Below are positions 38,942 through 52,648 of a stretch of 64,000 bases of DNA, in pieces. Numbering within the stretch: position 1 is the first letter of the stretch; the number at the start of each line of letters is the position of its first letter. Position numbers and translations under genes: made by a program. The stretch covers positions 75,578,001-75,642,000 of the forward strand of contig NC_042999.1 of the NCBI RefSeq assembly GCF_006345805.1. The letters run 5' to 3'. The DNA comes from Octopus sinensis. Its lineage: Eukaryota. Under the pieces are notes generated by a model. It was not told the origin of the DNA. It saw nothing but the letters and a program-made list of their open reading frames with translations, and made no database searches.

Positions 38942-41900
38942 TATTTCTTTATTCACCATAAGGTTGAGAAAAAGAGGGGACAAAACAAACGTTGGGATCA
39001 GGGTATCGAATGAGACGAAACGTATGAATAAACAAACAATTAAAATTTATACAATTATATGAGAATGAGTGAATAACAAAAGATGAAGCGGAGGACGCGG
39101 TTGACCCCACAAACCACATACTCACACTAAAGACTTTGCTTTCTCCTTTTTTACATTCTCGATTAAACAGGTTCTTTCACTCGCAACATACTTGCTATAG
39201 ACTTCCATCTTTTACGAAACACACTTTGCGACAGGCATTTCTTCTCCAGCCTTATTTTCCGTTTCATGTGGAAAACGAAAAAGTCGATTAGCTCGAGACT
39301 GGAGATAAACATTGCAATTCCTTTTACTCTCGTCTTCCATACTACTTCTTTCGCCATAGCAACTACCGAGAGAAAACAAGCTCGCTCCTCCCTATTCAGG
39401 GAGTTCGGCGGAACTATCTTAATTACAGATTCGCTCGACAATTGAACTCTTCTCGAATGCGACAACAGGTGTTCGACATAAGCCCAGAGTTCAGTCACCT
39501 TCGGGCATTGCACAATCGCGTGCAGGACAGTTTCACTGTCCCTCTCACATCTTGCACAAACCGGCGAAGGTGCACACCCATGTCTAAAGAGCTTATCTCG
39601 AACCGGTAAAGCTCCTCTGTAACATTGCCAGGCCAGGGACTTTTGGTAATTATCCATAGGCCCCGGACCGAATGTTCTTTGGAACAGGCTGGCCAGTTGG
39701 TTTCCGTCGAAGCCCAGGGTTTCTCCCAAAACGTCGTCACACTTAAACTCTACTAACCCTCTATAGAAGAACGAGGTAGTACCCCCGCCACCGGCGTTGC
39801 CCGACTGGGATAGAAGCACGAGTGTCTGATGGCACTCTACATGCCACACGCCCAACCTCGGTCTACACTCGATCCATGGGTTCAGTTTGGTAAACGATGT
39901 GAACTGTGGAAATAATAGCTTGACGAACGGAGACCACACCTGCTCACCGTCAAGGTAAAGCCAGAGGTGCCTAGGCCTGAGCGCATGTCTGCGCATTTTT
40001 AGCCACGGCATCCCTAACCCACCCTTCAGCGGCTTTTGACAGCAAATAGAGCGCCTTACAAGAGGTCTGCTGCCCCTCCACAAAAAGTGAAAGAACATGC
40101 GTTCCAGCTTGTTCAGCCACGAATCGGGGCAAGGCACGACGGTCAGGCGGTAAGTGATTACAGAGGCGATAAACACCTCTGCAACCTCCACCCTCCCTTT
40201 CAAGGACAGCTTTCGCTCAGACCAGGTCTGAGTTAGGAGAGCCACCTTTCTCGCCACCTCGCTTCAATTCTTCTCTATCTGGAGATCTGGACCTAACCGG
40301 ATTTCAAGCATTTTCACCGGCCCTTCCGTCCAACGTCCTACGACGCTGTCGGAAGACATCGACTTGCCCCTCCATGTGCCGAGTTGCAAGCCGACCGATT
40401 TATCCCGGTTGACTTTCGCTCCTTCCACCGCTTCGTAGACCCTTAAGGCCTCACCCACCCACTGTAGGTGCTCGACTCGGGAAACGATGATGGTGATGTC
40501 GTCCGCATACGCCGAAGCTGACTTTCCGCACCCTAGATCTTGCGGAGTGCCCCTCATAGTTTCCAACCTCCTCAGCAACGGCTCGAGGGCCAAAACGTAG
40601 AGAAGCGGGGAGAGAGGACACCCTTGACGTACCGAAAGTTCAATGCTGAACGGCTCCGAAAAGAAACCATTCACCCGAACTACCAATTCAATGTTGCTGT
40701 ATAAAGAGTTGATCCATCCGCGGAAGGTCGGGCCGAAGCCAGCCGCCGTGATGACCGCCGCCAGATACTGATGGTCCACACTATCGAACGCTTTCGATTG
40801 GTCCAAGTGGACCATAGCCCCACCCTTGCCAGGAATCCTATTTACCCTTTCTAAGGCATAGCGTAGAAAGTAGAGATTGTCATGGATGGTCCTTCCGGGG
40901 ATGGCGCAAGTTTGCGCCTCGCCAACAAGTTCACCCACGACCTGCGCCAACCTTTTTGCTAAGACCTTGGCCAAACTCTTCAACTCTGCGTTAAGCAGAG
41001 TGATGGGCCGAAAATTACCAATTAAATCCTCCTTGTTTGGGTCCTTTCTTAACAGCGCTACCACCCCTCGGCTCACAGACTTAGGAATTCTCCCGTTCTG
41101 CTGCCAGTTAGTGTACTCGCATGCAAGTAGGTGCCCAAACAAGTCTGACATGCTACTATAGAGTTCGTAAGGCGATTTGTCCCCGCCGCAGTCTGCCAAC
41201 ATATCCTCGACTTCTTTGGCTGTGATCGGCGCCTCACAAGATTCCGTGTCCGGCCTCGATAGACGCGGCGAACCGGCTAGGAAGTCTGCGAGCTTCTCCC
41301 CGCGCTCCAGTCCGCCGCTCCTCCCGAATAGCTGGGCGAAATGATCGTGAAACACCTAGCACATCTCCTCGGGTTCGTTTACTAATCGAACATTTGGGCC
41401 CGTCAAAGATTGAATGGTTGAGTTGTTGCCACGCTGGCCCTCTACCACTCGGGCCCATCCGGCTGCGTTGATCCCTTCCTGTCTCATTTCTCGGATCTTA
41501 GCCCTGACAATGCACCCTTCATGTTTAGCTTTGAGATGTTGGTCGAGTGCCAACCTCGCCGCTAACACTTTCGATGCACTGCCTGACCTCATTGCCTCAT
41601 CTTTTACCTTAACTAGTTCCTTTTCTACTTTGTTTCTAGCACGAGCTAGTTCTTTGCTAAACCTAGTTGACTCAAATGTGATGGCTCTTTTCAGGGCGTA
41701 CCACCATTTGTTGTTGATAATGGATCCGGTTAACGCCCTCATTACTAATTGTTTAATCCGATTCCTGTAGGCTTCACAGTCCAATAGTGACTTGTTTAGC
41801 TTCCAGTAACCGGTACTTCGTCTACACATGCTATCTATGTCGAGCGTACAGGTCACTCATTTGTGATCGCTGTAGCTGACGATATGGTGTTGTGGACAGC

Positions 41901-42545
41901 TAAGTATTTTCTTATCTTTCCTTCTAGTTATGATTCTATCTATGTAAGATCTGGACGACCCGTCGTTTCTTGCCCAGGTCCACGCTGGAGTGTCTGGGTG
42001 GTCCAGTCTGAATCGATCTGCCAATTCGAAACGACTTAGCAGATCGTTGAGGTGAGGTAATCCTCTCCTATTCTTTCTCGAGCCAACGTAATCTCCGCGT
42101 GCATCGCAAATTATGTTGCAGTCACCTAGCAATGCTAACGTGTTCGATGTGCCAAGAAAATTCTCTTTCTGCCCGGCTTTTTCTTCGCAGGGAGCATAAA
42201 CAGCGACCAGCCTGAACACTTTACCACTGCTGTGCGTCACATCCAAAACGACCAACCTGCCTATAAAGACGGTTCTATAAAGACGGTTCTAATCTCTAAA
42301 TCCAGGTTTTTCCTGACCAGCACTGCCACTCCTCCGCTCCCCCTAGGTCGACAGGGAGAAACGTATTTCTCGTAGCCGTTTAGAAGGGGCGAAAATGCCT
42401 GCAGCCCACTCAGTCTGGATTCGGTAATTACCACTACATCCAAACGATACGACCTAAGGTCGTTAAGGAGGTAGCCTTGCTTCCAATACGACTCCAGGCC
42501 GCGAATATTTATACAACCGAGTTTAAACGAGAATGTGAAAAATTA
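38942..42545 (-). mobile_element. Tx1/L1-clade LINE with near-complete ORF2 (APE, RT, C-terminal zinc-binding region), inactivated
   Basis: APE motifs GCINIRGL, VITESR, AVYAP, LGDCN and SDHK; RT motifs FRPITLL, LDQSKAFD, VRQGCPLSPLLY and YADD (40498-40509); C-terminal CARCERDSETVLHAIVQC. AATAAA lies on the minus strand at 38948-53, next to (AG)n. One 14 bp duplication (42261-42288) and three in-frame stops disrupt the frame. Confidence 0.95.
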
Positions 42546-44636
42546 GTCGAATGTTTAAAACTTACTGTTTTAACGGAAGAGAGGGTGTAGTTTCACCCTC
42601 CTCTTTTCTGTCTGTGAGTGTTGTGTTTTGCGAGGTCATTTTTTTTCGCGAATTGCCTGTACAGATGGCTCGAAAAGTTCATCTGTAATGGACCGACGTC
42701 CTCCGCAAAAGATTTTTTTATTTCAAAATAGTCAGAGTTATCTATAGTATAAAATTCGACATTTTCAGAAAGAGTATTATTTACATCTGTTGCGATATAT
42801 TTTTTCGCCGATTTCATTAAAATAATTTTTTGTCTTTATAGTTTATCATTTTTATTTATCGCCATGAAGGTGTTTCTTTTTTTATGTTAGGAGGTGGTGG
42901 AGGGGTGTGTGTGTGTGTGTTTTTGTGGTGGTGTGTGTGCTTGTAGAAGCGTGGGTGTTTGTAGGTGTGTGTGTGCTTGTGTGTGCTTTTTCCAGTGTGT
43001 GTGTTTTTTTAACTACGTGTGTGTTTGCGACTGTATTTGTGGGTGTGGGTTTGCTTGTCTGTCTCGGAGCATAGTCCTGTGTATCCAAAGAGGGTGGGTT
43101 TTTCCGTTTCCGTCTTCTTTTTGAAGGTTATATGGTGACCCACTCCTGGATGCTGTTGTTGTTGTTCTGAACTTCGGCAATTGGGGTGCGCGACGTTACT
43201 GCTATTTCTAAATATAACAGCCAAATTTTCCTTGAAGTCCACCCATCTTAAAGAAAGTGAATTACACATAAGACAACGTTGTCCTTAAACAAGCAGAATA
43301 GTAACGGTTAGAATATTTTTGAACATAGATGTACTCTAAACGACAACAACATAACAGTTTCATTGCTACAGTAATTTAATTAAAAGTTTTACCTTTAACA
43401 CAAGATCGAAATTAATAGGTATGAGGCATAACAGATTGAATCAACAAGTATCTAATTGCTTGAACACTACTGGGGGCATATGGTTGGCATAAACAAACTT
43501 CCACAACTCACGGTAAATTAAGCTGAGTAGGTAAAATATGGTTATTAAAGATGTGAAGAAAATGCAACTCCACGTCATACTTCACATCTCGTGGGAGAAA
43601 AATAATGGCAATGAATTCTCATTGCGAACTGGAGGTTTGTAAAAAGGCTCTAAGCGCTAACAAATTACCTACTGACGGTAAAAGATAAAATTACTTCCTT
43701 CGTTACTTGGTTAAAGATCAGCCGTACATATTGTATGGATGAGCCACTTAGGGAGTGTGCACGAGTTGACTTGCTACCAAATAAAAGCAAAAGTACCTTA
43801 AAAATCACAACCCACTGTCCTAGGAAGAAGAAAAACCATACATGATAATGTAGCCCTAGAAACAGCTATGGTCACAGGTGGTCACAGTTGAAATGCTTTT
43901 GTTCATAGGTTTTCTCGGTTAAGGTTGACTTTGCAGTAAAAAACGAAGAGCAGTAAATTTAGAAGTTTGGTATTAGAGTAAAACTTTAATTTCCGATCTC
44001 CTCAGTTGTCAGTGGTTTTCTTGTGGTTCAATGTTACTTCACTCAGTCTAACTTATAAGGAACCTTCTGCAGAAAACTAGAACTCAAGAACCGAGCATCC
44101 AGCAAGTTTTAGTAAAGCAATTTCTATTCAGAATATGCTTTACTTTCAGATTTGATAAGTTAGATGTTATTTTCAACTTAAGAAGTTGAATCTCCTTTAA
44201 GTTTGGTAAACTAACCTGAAAAGAACCTATTTCTGACTAGTATTTTCAGAAAAGAAAATGAAAGACAGTAGGCTCAATGACATACCAGGAACATTGAAAA
44301 CAATGAACGAAGAGAATAATTTCTCTTCGAGAATTGAAAAATCTACAAACCAGCGCTCATTACTAATTGTAATGTTAATCGCAATGAAATGTTTTGACGA
44401 TTAAATTCATCACAGTTTATTTCTAAAAACCATTTCATAGATTCCTGTGGTGTAAATTACTGTCAAAAAATGTTTTCTTTAGTGATAATCTTATATATAT
44501 ATATATATATACATCAACAATCAAGGAACGGCCATAATAGGCCATTCACCCACTAGAAATAACAGCCAAAGCTTCAACCGCAAATAAAAATCAATTCCGT
44601 AAACCAGGAGAAAATTTAAAAAACATTTACCCTGTA

Positions 44637-44743
44637 ATTTCTTATACGATGCACCGTTTCATCTGCTGTTTAATGGTAAACTAACCTGATTAAATTAAAT
44701 CAAGCCAATCTTCCATAGGCCCTCAGATTCTTCAGTAAGAAAT
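44637..44743 (-). ncRNA. Type I hammerhead ribozyme (490 family, inverted copy)
   Basis: Reverse complement of the 45122-45228 motif. Confidence 0.88.
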
Positions 44744-45121
44744 AGCCAAGTCGGAACAGATATTTTCACGAGGCATTTCCGACCCTGCCAAGGCAATATC
44801 TGACCTAAAATTTTCAAATCATCGCACTCGCGCCAAATTTATCGGCAGCAAATAAATATAAGCCGTCGATTCCATTACGGAATTAACCAGAAAATTCATA
44901 ATTAATCAATATAGGGTGGCAAAAAAATTTTGTAGAATTTTTTTGCCACCAGCGGCCTAGTGGGAAAAAATTAAATAGTCATAGACCATTTTTAAGTCCA
45001 TTTTTATATTTATTTGCTGCCGATAAATTTGGCGCGAGTGCGATGATTTGAAAATTTTAGGTCAGATATTGCCTTGGCAGGGTCGGAAATGCCTCGTGAA
45101 AATATCTGTTCCGACTTGGCT

Positions 45122-45228
45122 ATTTCTTACTGAAGAATCTGAGGGCCTATGGAAGATTGGCTTGATTTAATTTAATCAGGTTAGTTTACCATTAAACAGC
45201 AGATGAAACGGTGCATCGTATAAGAAAT
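45122..45228 (+). ncRNA. Type I hammerhead ribozyme (490 family)
   Basis: atttctta-CTGAAGA (45130-36)-atctg...cagat-GAAA (45205-08)-cggtgcatc-GTA (45218-20)-taagaaat. Confidence 0.9.
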
Positions 45229-45611
45229 TACAGGGTAAATGTTTTTTAAATTTTCTCCTGGTTTACGGAATTGATTTTTATTTGCGGTTGAAGCTTTGGC
45301 TGTTATTTCTAGTGGGTGAATGGCCTATTATGGCCGTTCCTTGATTGTTGATGTTGAACTTAAAAATGGTCTATGACTATTTAATTTTTTCCCACTAGGC
45401 CGCTGGTGGCAAAAAAATTCTACAAAATTTTTTTGCCACCCTATATTGATTAATTATGAATTTTCTGGTTAATTCCGTAATGGAATCGACGGCTTATATT
45501 TATTTGCTGCCGATAAATTTGGCGCGAGTGCGATGATTTGAAAATTTTAGGTCAGATATTGCCTTGGCAGGGTCGGAAATGCCTCGTGAAAATATCTGTT
45601 CCGACTTGGCT

Positions 45612-45718
45612 ATTTCTTACTGAAGAATCTGAGGGCCTATGGAAGATTGGCTTGATTTAATTTAATCAGGTTAGTTTACCATTGAACAGCAGATGAAACG
45701 GTGCATCGTATAAGAAAT
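45612..45718 (+). ncRNA. Type I hammerhead ribozyme (490 family, second direct copy)
   Basis: Same motif 490 bp downstream, with one substitution inside the stem II insertion (attgaac vs attaaac). Confidence 0.9.
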
Positions 45719-45943
45719 TACAGGGTAAATGTTTTTTAAATTTTCTCCTGGTTTACGGAATTGATTTTTATTTGCGGTTGAAGCTTTGGCTGTTATTTCT
45801 AGTGGGTGAATGGCCTATTATGGCCGTTCCTTGATTGTTGATGTTGAACTTAAAAATGGTCTATGACTATTTAATTTTTTCCCACTAGGCCGCTGGTGGC
45901 AAAAAAATTCTACAAAATTTTTTTGCCACCCTATATTGATTAA

Positions 45944-46010
<67 letters not shown>

Positions 46011-46339
46011 TATATATCAATACATTATTGTGATGGATTTCTTTAAATAACTAAAATTATATAGAAGCAATGGTTCGTTTTTGACATTGCCGCAACACTG
46101 TTTTAGTTAATTTGTTAAAGATTATTTTTATATTTGTTTGCATATAGATATTGTAAATATGATATCAAATAATACAAAAAGAAGAGAATTAGCAAGCGGC
46201 AGTTACTAATAAAGTTGGAAAGGAATTGATAAACAATAAGGCAACATGAAACGGTATGTATGTATAGCGTTACATGTTGCTAGACAATAGAAAATCTTTG
46301 CATAATACAATTGTTTCGGCTGCTTCACTCATTACTTCC

Positions 46340-46697
46340 ACACTGCTACGTCAAATTCGCACTCACACATAAACTCAAACACAAGCGCACAGATATATAC
46401 ACACATACATACAAGTACATACACACAAGTACATACATACAGACGGATGGACGGACGGACGAACGAACAGACAGACAGACATCAAATTCGCACACTCAAA
46501 TTCGCACACTCACACTCACACATAAACACAAACACAAGCGCATCAAATTCGCTACATCAAATTCGCACACTCACACATAAACACAAACACAAGCGCACAG
46601 ATATATACACTCATACATACAAGTACATACACACAAGTACATACGCACAAGTACATACGCACAAGTACATAGATACAGACGAACGGACGAACGAACG

Positions 46698-46763
<66 letters not shown>

Positions 46764-46770
46764 TAGATAA

Positions 46771-46827
<57 letters not shown>

Positions 46828-46848
46828 CAGACAGATAGATAGATAGAT

Positions 46849-46916
<68 letters not shown>

Positions 46917-46930
46917 ACAGATAGATGTAA
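46340..46930. repeat. Complex minisatellite (tcaaattcgc / cacataaac / caagtacatac modules) plus (GACA)n(GATA)n
   Basis: Direct observation of the repeated modules. Confidence 0.85.
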
Positions 46931-47874
46931 ATACTCAGGATCGATGTTACAATACAATGTGCAGTGATAAAATGAAAATGGAAAAAAAAGCAGTGAAAAA
47001 TAAAACATCACTAAATGAAGCAAATAGAGTTTGTGTGTTACGTTTGTGTGTAACGTTTGTGTATGTGTAATTAGTTAATCCCGTAGAAGTCATTGCTCTT
47101 AGTATTCTTAAGTTATTCTAGGTTCGGAGATAAGGAAAACTGAGTGAGTTTAATTGACATTGTCCTTATCAACCTGACGAGTTTTTAAATCTCTGTTCTT
47201 ACTGGCTTCCAGGCAAATCAAGAATATTAACATATTAGTGTCTATTGAATCTTAAACGTTGTATTATGGAAGCTAAAACCTTGTACTGCTCATAGGATTA
47301 AGTTGTTGCCCAGCACAGTTCCAATCTAGCGTTGTCCCTCCAAAAGAAATCGTCTACTGATATACAGAGGTCAATATATTTGGAGCCAGCGATATTCCGA
47401 GTAATAAAAATAAGATCGCGTCATTTTATCTTGTTGTCCTGCACCTGATTTACGGGGTGAGTACTAAATATGTACTGAAACAGTAGGTTATACACCGATC
47501 AACTTCGTAGCACTTAACTAACATTACACTGAAAGCTTACACTTATGTCCGTTCAAGAAAATGTCGAAGTAAGTGGAATAATAAAAGAAAAACATAAAGC
47601 CTTTAAAATTTTGACTTCTGGCATACATACATCAATGTTTTCAATATGAACATCAATAATATCATCAAAATCATTATTGTCATCGTCGTAGTTGTCGTTG
47701 TAGCTGCCATTGTCGTTGTCATTGTCGTTGTCATCATAATCATCATCATCATCATCATTGCCATCAACATCGATAATATTTCATTATGATCGCTATCATT
47801 CGCACTACAACTAGAAACGAAAAAGAGCAAACACTCACCGATCAGCACAGATTGTGCTACCGACACAATCACAA

Positions 47875-47976
<102 letters not shown>

Positions 47977-48047
47977 TGTATGTATATATGCATATATATA
48001 TTATGTATGTATATATGTGTATATATATGTATGTATATAAATATATG

Positions 48048-48095
<48 letters not shown>

Positions 48096-48200
48096 TACAC
48101 ATGTATATATATATGTATATATACATATATATATATAATATATATATATATATATACATATATATACTATATGTACACACACATACACACACACACATAT

Positions 48201-48606
48201 ACTCTTTTACTCTTTTACTTGTTTCAGTCATTTGACTGCGGCCATGCTGGAGCACCGCCTTTAATCGAGCAACTCGACCCCGGGACTTATTCTTTTGTAA
48301 GCCCAGTACTTATTCGATCGGTCTGTTTTGGCGAACCGCTAAGTAACGGGGACATAAACACACCAGCATCGGTTGTCAAGCAATGCTAGGGGGACAAACA
48401 CACTCACACAAACACACACACGCATATATATATATACATATATACGACGGACTTCTTTCTGTTTCCGTCTACCAAATCCACTCACAAGGCTTTGGTCGGC
48501 CCGAGGCTATAGTAGAAGACACTTGCCCAAGGTGCCACGCAGTGGGACTGAACCCGGAACCATGTGGCTGGTAAACAAGCTACTTAATACACAGCCACTC
48601 CTGCGC
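48201..48606 (-). mobile_element. SINE family B, full length
   Basis: Near-identical to 27458-27846. Confidence 0.93.
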
Positions 48607-48631
48607 TATATATATATATATATATATATAT

Positions 48632-48677
<46 letters not shown>

Positions 48678-48705
48678 CATAGCATTTTCATACCGTTTTT
48701 TCCGA

Positions 48706-48779
48706 TGGCCGGATAACTGAAGAGATGGCGGCGTGGAATTCCACCCCGACATCCGAAACTCAGAGTTTTATCATGGCCA
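48706..48779 (+). ncRNA. Type I hammerhead ribozyme motif in a short dispersed repeat (48675-48810)
   Basis: tggcc-g-gataa-CTGAAGA (48717-23)-gatg..gtgg aatt ccac..catc c-GAAA (48755-58)-ctc a gag-TT-ttatc-at-ggcca. A second copy lies at 63896-63969. Confidence 0.78.
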
Positions 48780-48911
48780 CCGAATAATTGTCACATATTA
48801 CATGTACAGACATATGTATGAATGTATGTATGTATGTATGTACCGACATACATATATAAACGCATTTATGTACACACAAATATATGCGTGCGCGTGCTAT
48901 TCTAATCTATC

Positions 48912-49426
48912 ACGATATTATTAGCCTTCATATTTGAGAGTGGTGAGGCTGAAAAAGTACCTTGGTTTTATCAAATTAATTTGTTGCCTGAATTCACGTG
49001 CAGACATAGCTAGTGTGAAGGAAATTGTTTGCATGTCATCTGCTAGTATTATTTCACGAATGCTACAGAGTCTTGTCTTTGAATTTGATTTCAGTTTGTA
49101 CAGGTCAAATTGTTTAGCACCATGTCTTGTCAGTAGAAATACTCCCTTTTCTATGTTATTAAACACACCCTCGATAACAGCAGAAATATATATACTGAAG
49201 CAGCCAGAGGCCAACGCACTTTCTTGCTTAATGCTGTTTGTAACTTCGAATGAGTCAGACATTTCATTGTCCATGCTAACATTAACATTCATACGCTGAT
49301 GAAAAATCATCGGAAGTTCAATAAATCTATGAGAACACCTTTAGTCTCTCATGACCTTCCATAACTTGTGCATGGAACAGAATATGCCAATGTCTGCTGT
49401 CTTCGTTGACTTTAAGGAAAGCATTT
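48912..49426 (-). mobile_element. RTE/BovB-like RT fragment with an inverted 5' segment
   Basis: Minus 48912-49346 gives FHQRM..SFEVTNSIKQ..IREIILADD. Plus 49347-49426 gives CMEQNMPMSAVFVDFK, the upstream RT block. Confidence 0.8.
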
Positions 49427-49739
49427 CACATACACATGTACGTATATAAGTACACAGAAATGCACTTACACGCGCGCGCGCGTGCACACACACACACACA
49501 CACACTCATACATGTGCCACCAATTTACATTTGTATTTGTATAAATATGTTTATGTGTGTATGTGAATGCATATGTGTGCACCTATTGGGTGTAGGTACA
49601 ATCGATGAACATCAGCAATTACTAGTCAAGCAAATTTAAAATGTCTAACCTTATCACCGCCGATAGCATGAAATAACATAGATGTATATTCAAAGGTCGG
49701 TTATTGGTACAAAAATTGCTTCCGCTACTGACAATCTGA

Positions 49740-49975
49740 AATTAGCAAACGAAACATGGTCCCTAGAAATATGATATTGACTCCGTTCTTTCAGATGAGG
49801 GAAACGAGTAAAAGAAATATATTGGACTGCGCGAAAGTGAATTTAAAAAGAAATCGATAACCATCAGTCGTCTTCCAAGCACGTAGACAAAAAGAAAAGC
49901 ACGACGCTAGCAAACCATATCTGGATCCTAAAGGATAGAAATAGACTATACATCATGAAGTGAAGCGTTGGGCAG
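49740..49975 (+). mobile_element. Penelope-like GIY-YIG fragment
   Basis: KKYIGLRESEFKK..NHQSSSKH..STTLANHIWILKDRN, across frameshifts. Confidence 0.7.
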
Positions 49976-52129
49976 CAGATTTAATGTTATCATCTGGTTT
50001 TTAACACTATTATCTGACTGAGGTTTGGATGCCTTTAGCAGGCTCCACTCAATTGGAAATAGTCGGAACACTTGCTTATTTTAAGGATACCTTCTTTTTC
50101 CCTCTTACAACTCTCAGAGACTCTGTAATGTGTCATGGACACAGCCTTTCTTTTTTGAATAAAATATTAAAATAAGTTACCCAATTTGCTAAGCTGAATA
50201 TGTTCTTACCATGAATCGTGAGCGCCGCAGAATGTGCCGCCGACTATAGGTAAGCTGTGGCTGAGATGCATTAAATCTGGTGAGAATCAGCTCTATTTAC
50301 TTACGCTGCTGTTGCTGTTGCTTACTCCTTGGTCAGCCTTGACCTAGCAGGCCTATGATCAAAGATATCTCGGCCTTGACCATATCATCGTTATTTCAAA
50401 CAAACTGAATCTAGGTCCACATCATCCAATGATACGATGTGGTTTCAAGAATATCTGTTATTACCATTCAAAATGATATAAAAATGAAAACTACCATCTT
50501 TTCATCACCTCAAATAGAAAAGATTTTATTCCAATCAATGAAGAAACTAACAATTATTAAGAGTAAGTAATACCAGCACTGAATAACTGACAAGTGTTAT
50601 TGATCTTCTCCAGTACGTAATTTCTTGACGATGAATAGGTTTCATTGCTAAAGAAAAAATTATTCTTTCTTCATCATAGGATAAGGAAGTTTCCCTTTCG
50701 TTGGGGATTGAAAGAAACTAACAATTTGTCAAATACTGAGAAGCTGGGATTATACATAACCGACTGGATTTCTCCGCCTAAATCTGTAGTTTTGAGCCTA
50801 TGTTAGAGATTATTACTCTACAGAGGCGAAGTGGGTGGAAGGCACAATTGGAAAAGTAGCAAACTGAGTGTTGCAGTATTTAATTACGCTATTTTTCGTT
50901 CTCACTTCATATTCCAAGAAGGTTATTTTTACCTTTCATCTTTCTGGGATTGATATAAAATATGTACCATCAAACACTGGATTCGATATAATCGACTGTC
51001 CCTCATCTCTCAAACTTTGCGGCCTTTTACCTATGTTAGAAATCAATATTATATGCAGGTGAAATTTTCATTTTGTGTCTCTTTACAACGCAATGTACTA
51101 TCCGACACACCTCATAATTCCTATCTGGGTGTTCTCGAGAATGCCCATATAAAGATGAGTAAGACAAAAAGAAAAAAAAATGGAGGAGGAGGAGAGTGCT
51201 TCAGCCCTCCCCCTCTCTTCGTTCCTTCTCATTTCTCACTATATCTGAATACAATCAATTGCACGTTTTGCAAGAGATGTATGTATTTTTAAAGCAAAAA
51301 TGTTTGATGTCCAAATATATAGTTCAATAATGTGACTTTTAAATCGATTGCCAATGGAACTGCAGTTAAATATATAACCCTTCAGAACATGGATGATATA
51401 GCAATTTAAAAGAATATACCTCTACCCCGACAAACAGTGAAATTGAATCTAACACCAGAGCTATTTTTATTACTCTAAATGACACACGTAGAAATGTTAG
51501 ACTGAAGGTATTTTATCTATCAGCAGTGAAAGATTTATTGAGTGACATTATATGGAAACGAACTAACATATGCAAACATCTCCACTTCTATCCCTCTCTA
51601 TATACTCACTCACACACCGAAAGAGAAAGATAAATACACATACATACGTACAAACACACAGATATCTTTGTGAGTATGTATGTAGAAACTAATGTGTCCA
51701 ACATATATATAAAGATTTCATGCTGCTAGCTCCATGCAGAGTTATCGTCAGTAAGTATAGGCATAAGATTATGGGAGGTTTGGAATTATAGTTAATGCAC
51801 AGAGACATACATAAGCATATAAACATCAGCATCAACCTCACTACTATTCTTTTAAAAGTGTATATCTAGCTTTGTCGCCTTTTTTTACAGCGTACATTTA
51901 CTTTCAACATATAGACTCATACACACATACATGCAGTACACATATAGAAACACACATATAAATAGATAAATAGACAAATAGATAGAAAAATACACTGACA
52001 GACAAACAATTATAGATGTGTATGTGTGTGTGTATTCATAAGTCACTTTAATATTTATAGTTTATTTTGGTACAATATTATTTTATTTAGTTTTGCACGG
52101 TTTTTTGCTAAATAAGCACACACTTACAG

Positions 52130-52283
52130 ACACACACGGATATATATTTACATATATACGCGCATATATACGTACAAACACGCATATATATGCATACATA
52201 TACATACATATACATATATATATACACAAATAAATATATAGATATACACACACACATATATATATAAAGATACTTATATATGC

Positions 52284-52324
<41 letters not shown>

Positions 52325-52616
52325 TATGTATATATGTATATACATATATATGCATATTTAGACATATACTTATATACATACATAGACATATATATATATA
52401 CATAGATACATATACATATATACCATACATACATATATATATGCATATATATACATATACATGTATACATATATACATATATACATATATATACACATAT
52501 ATTCATATATATATACATATGCATATATACATACATATATATACATATATGTATATATAAATATACATTCATATATATCATATATATACATATATATAGA
52601 TACACACGTACATATG

Positions 52617-52648
<32 letters not shown>

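Larger units (their letters stand above)
44511..45943. mobile_element. 490 bp hammerhead-monomer array: one inverted monomer plus 1.9 direct monomers, inside (TA)n
   Basis: tatttgctgc at 45011 and 45501 (period 490). 44511-45000 is the reverse complement of exactly one permuted period. (TA)n lies at 44492-44510 and 45944-46017. Confidence 0.92.
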
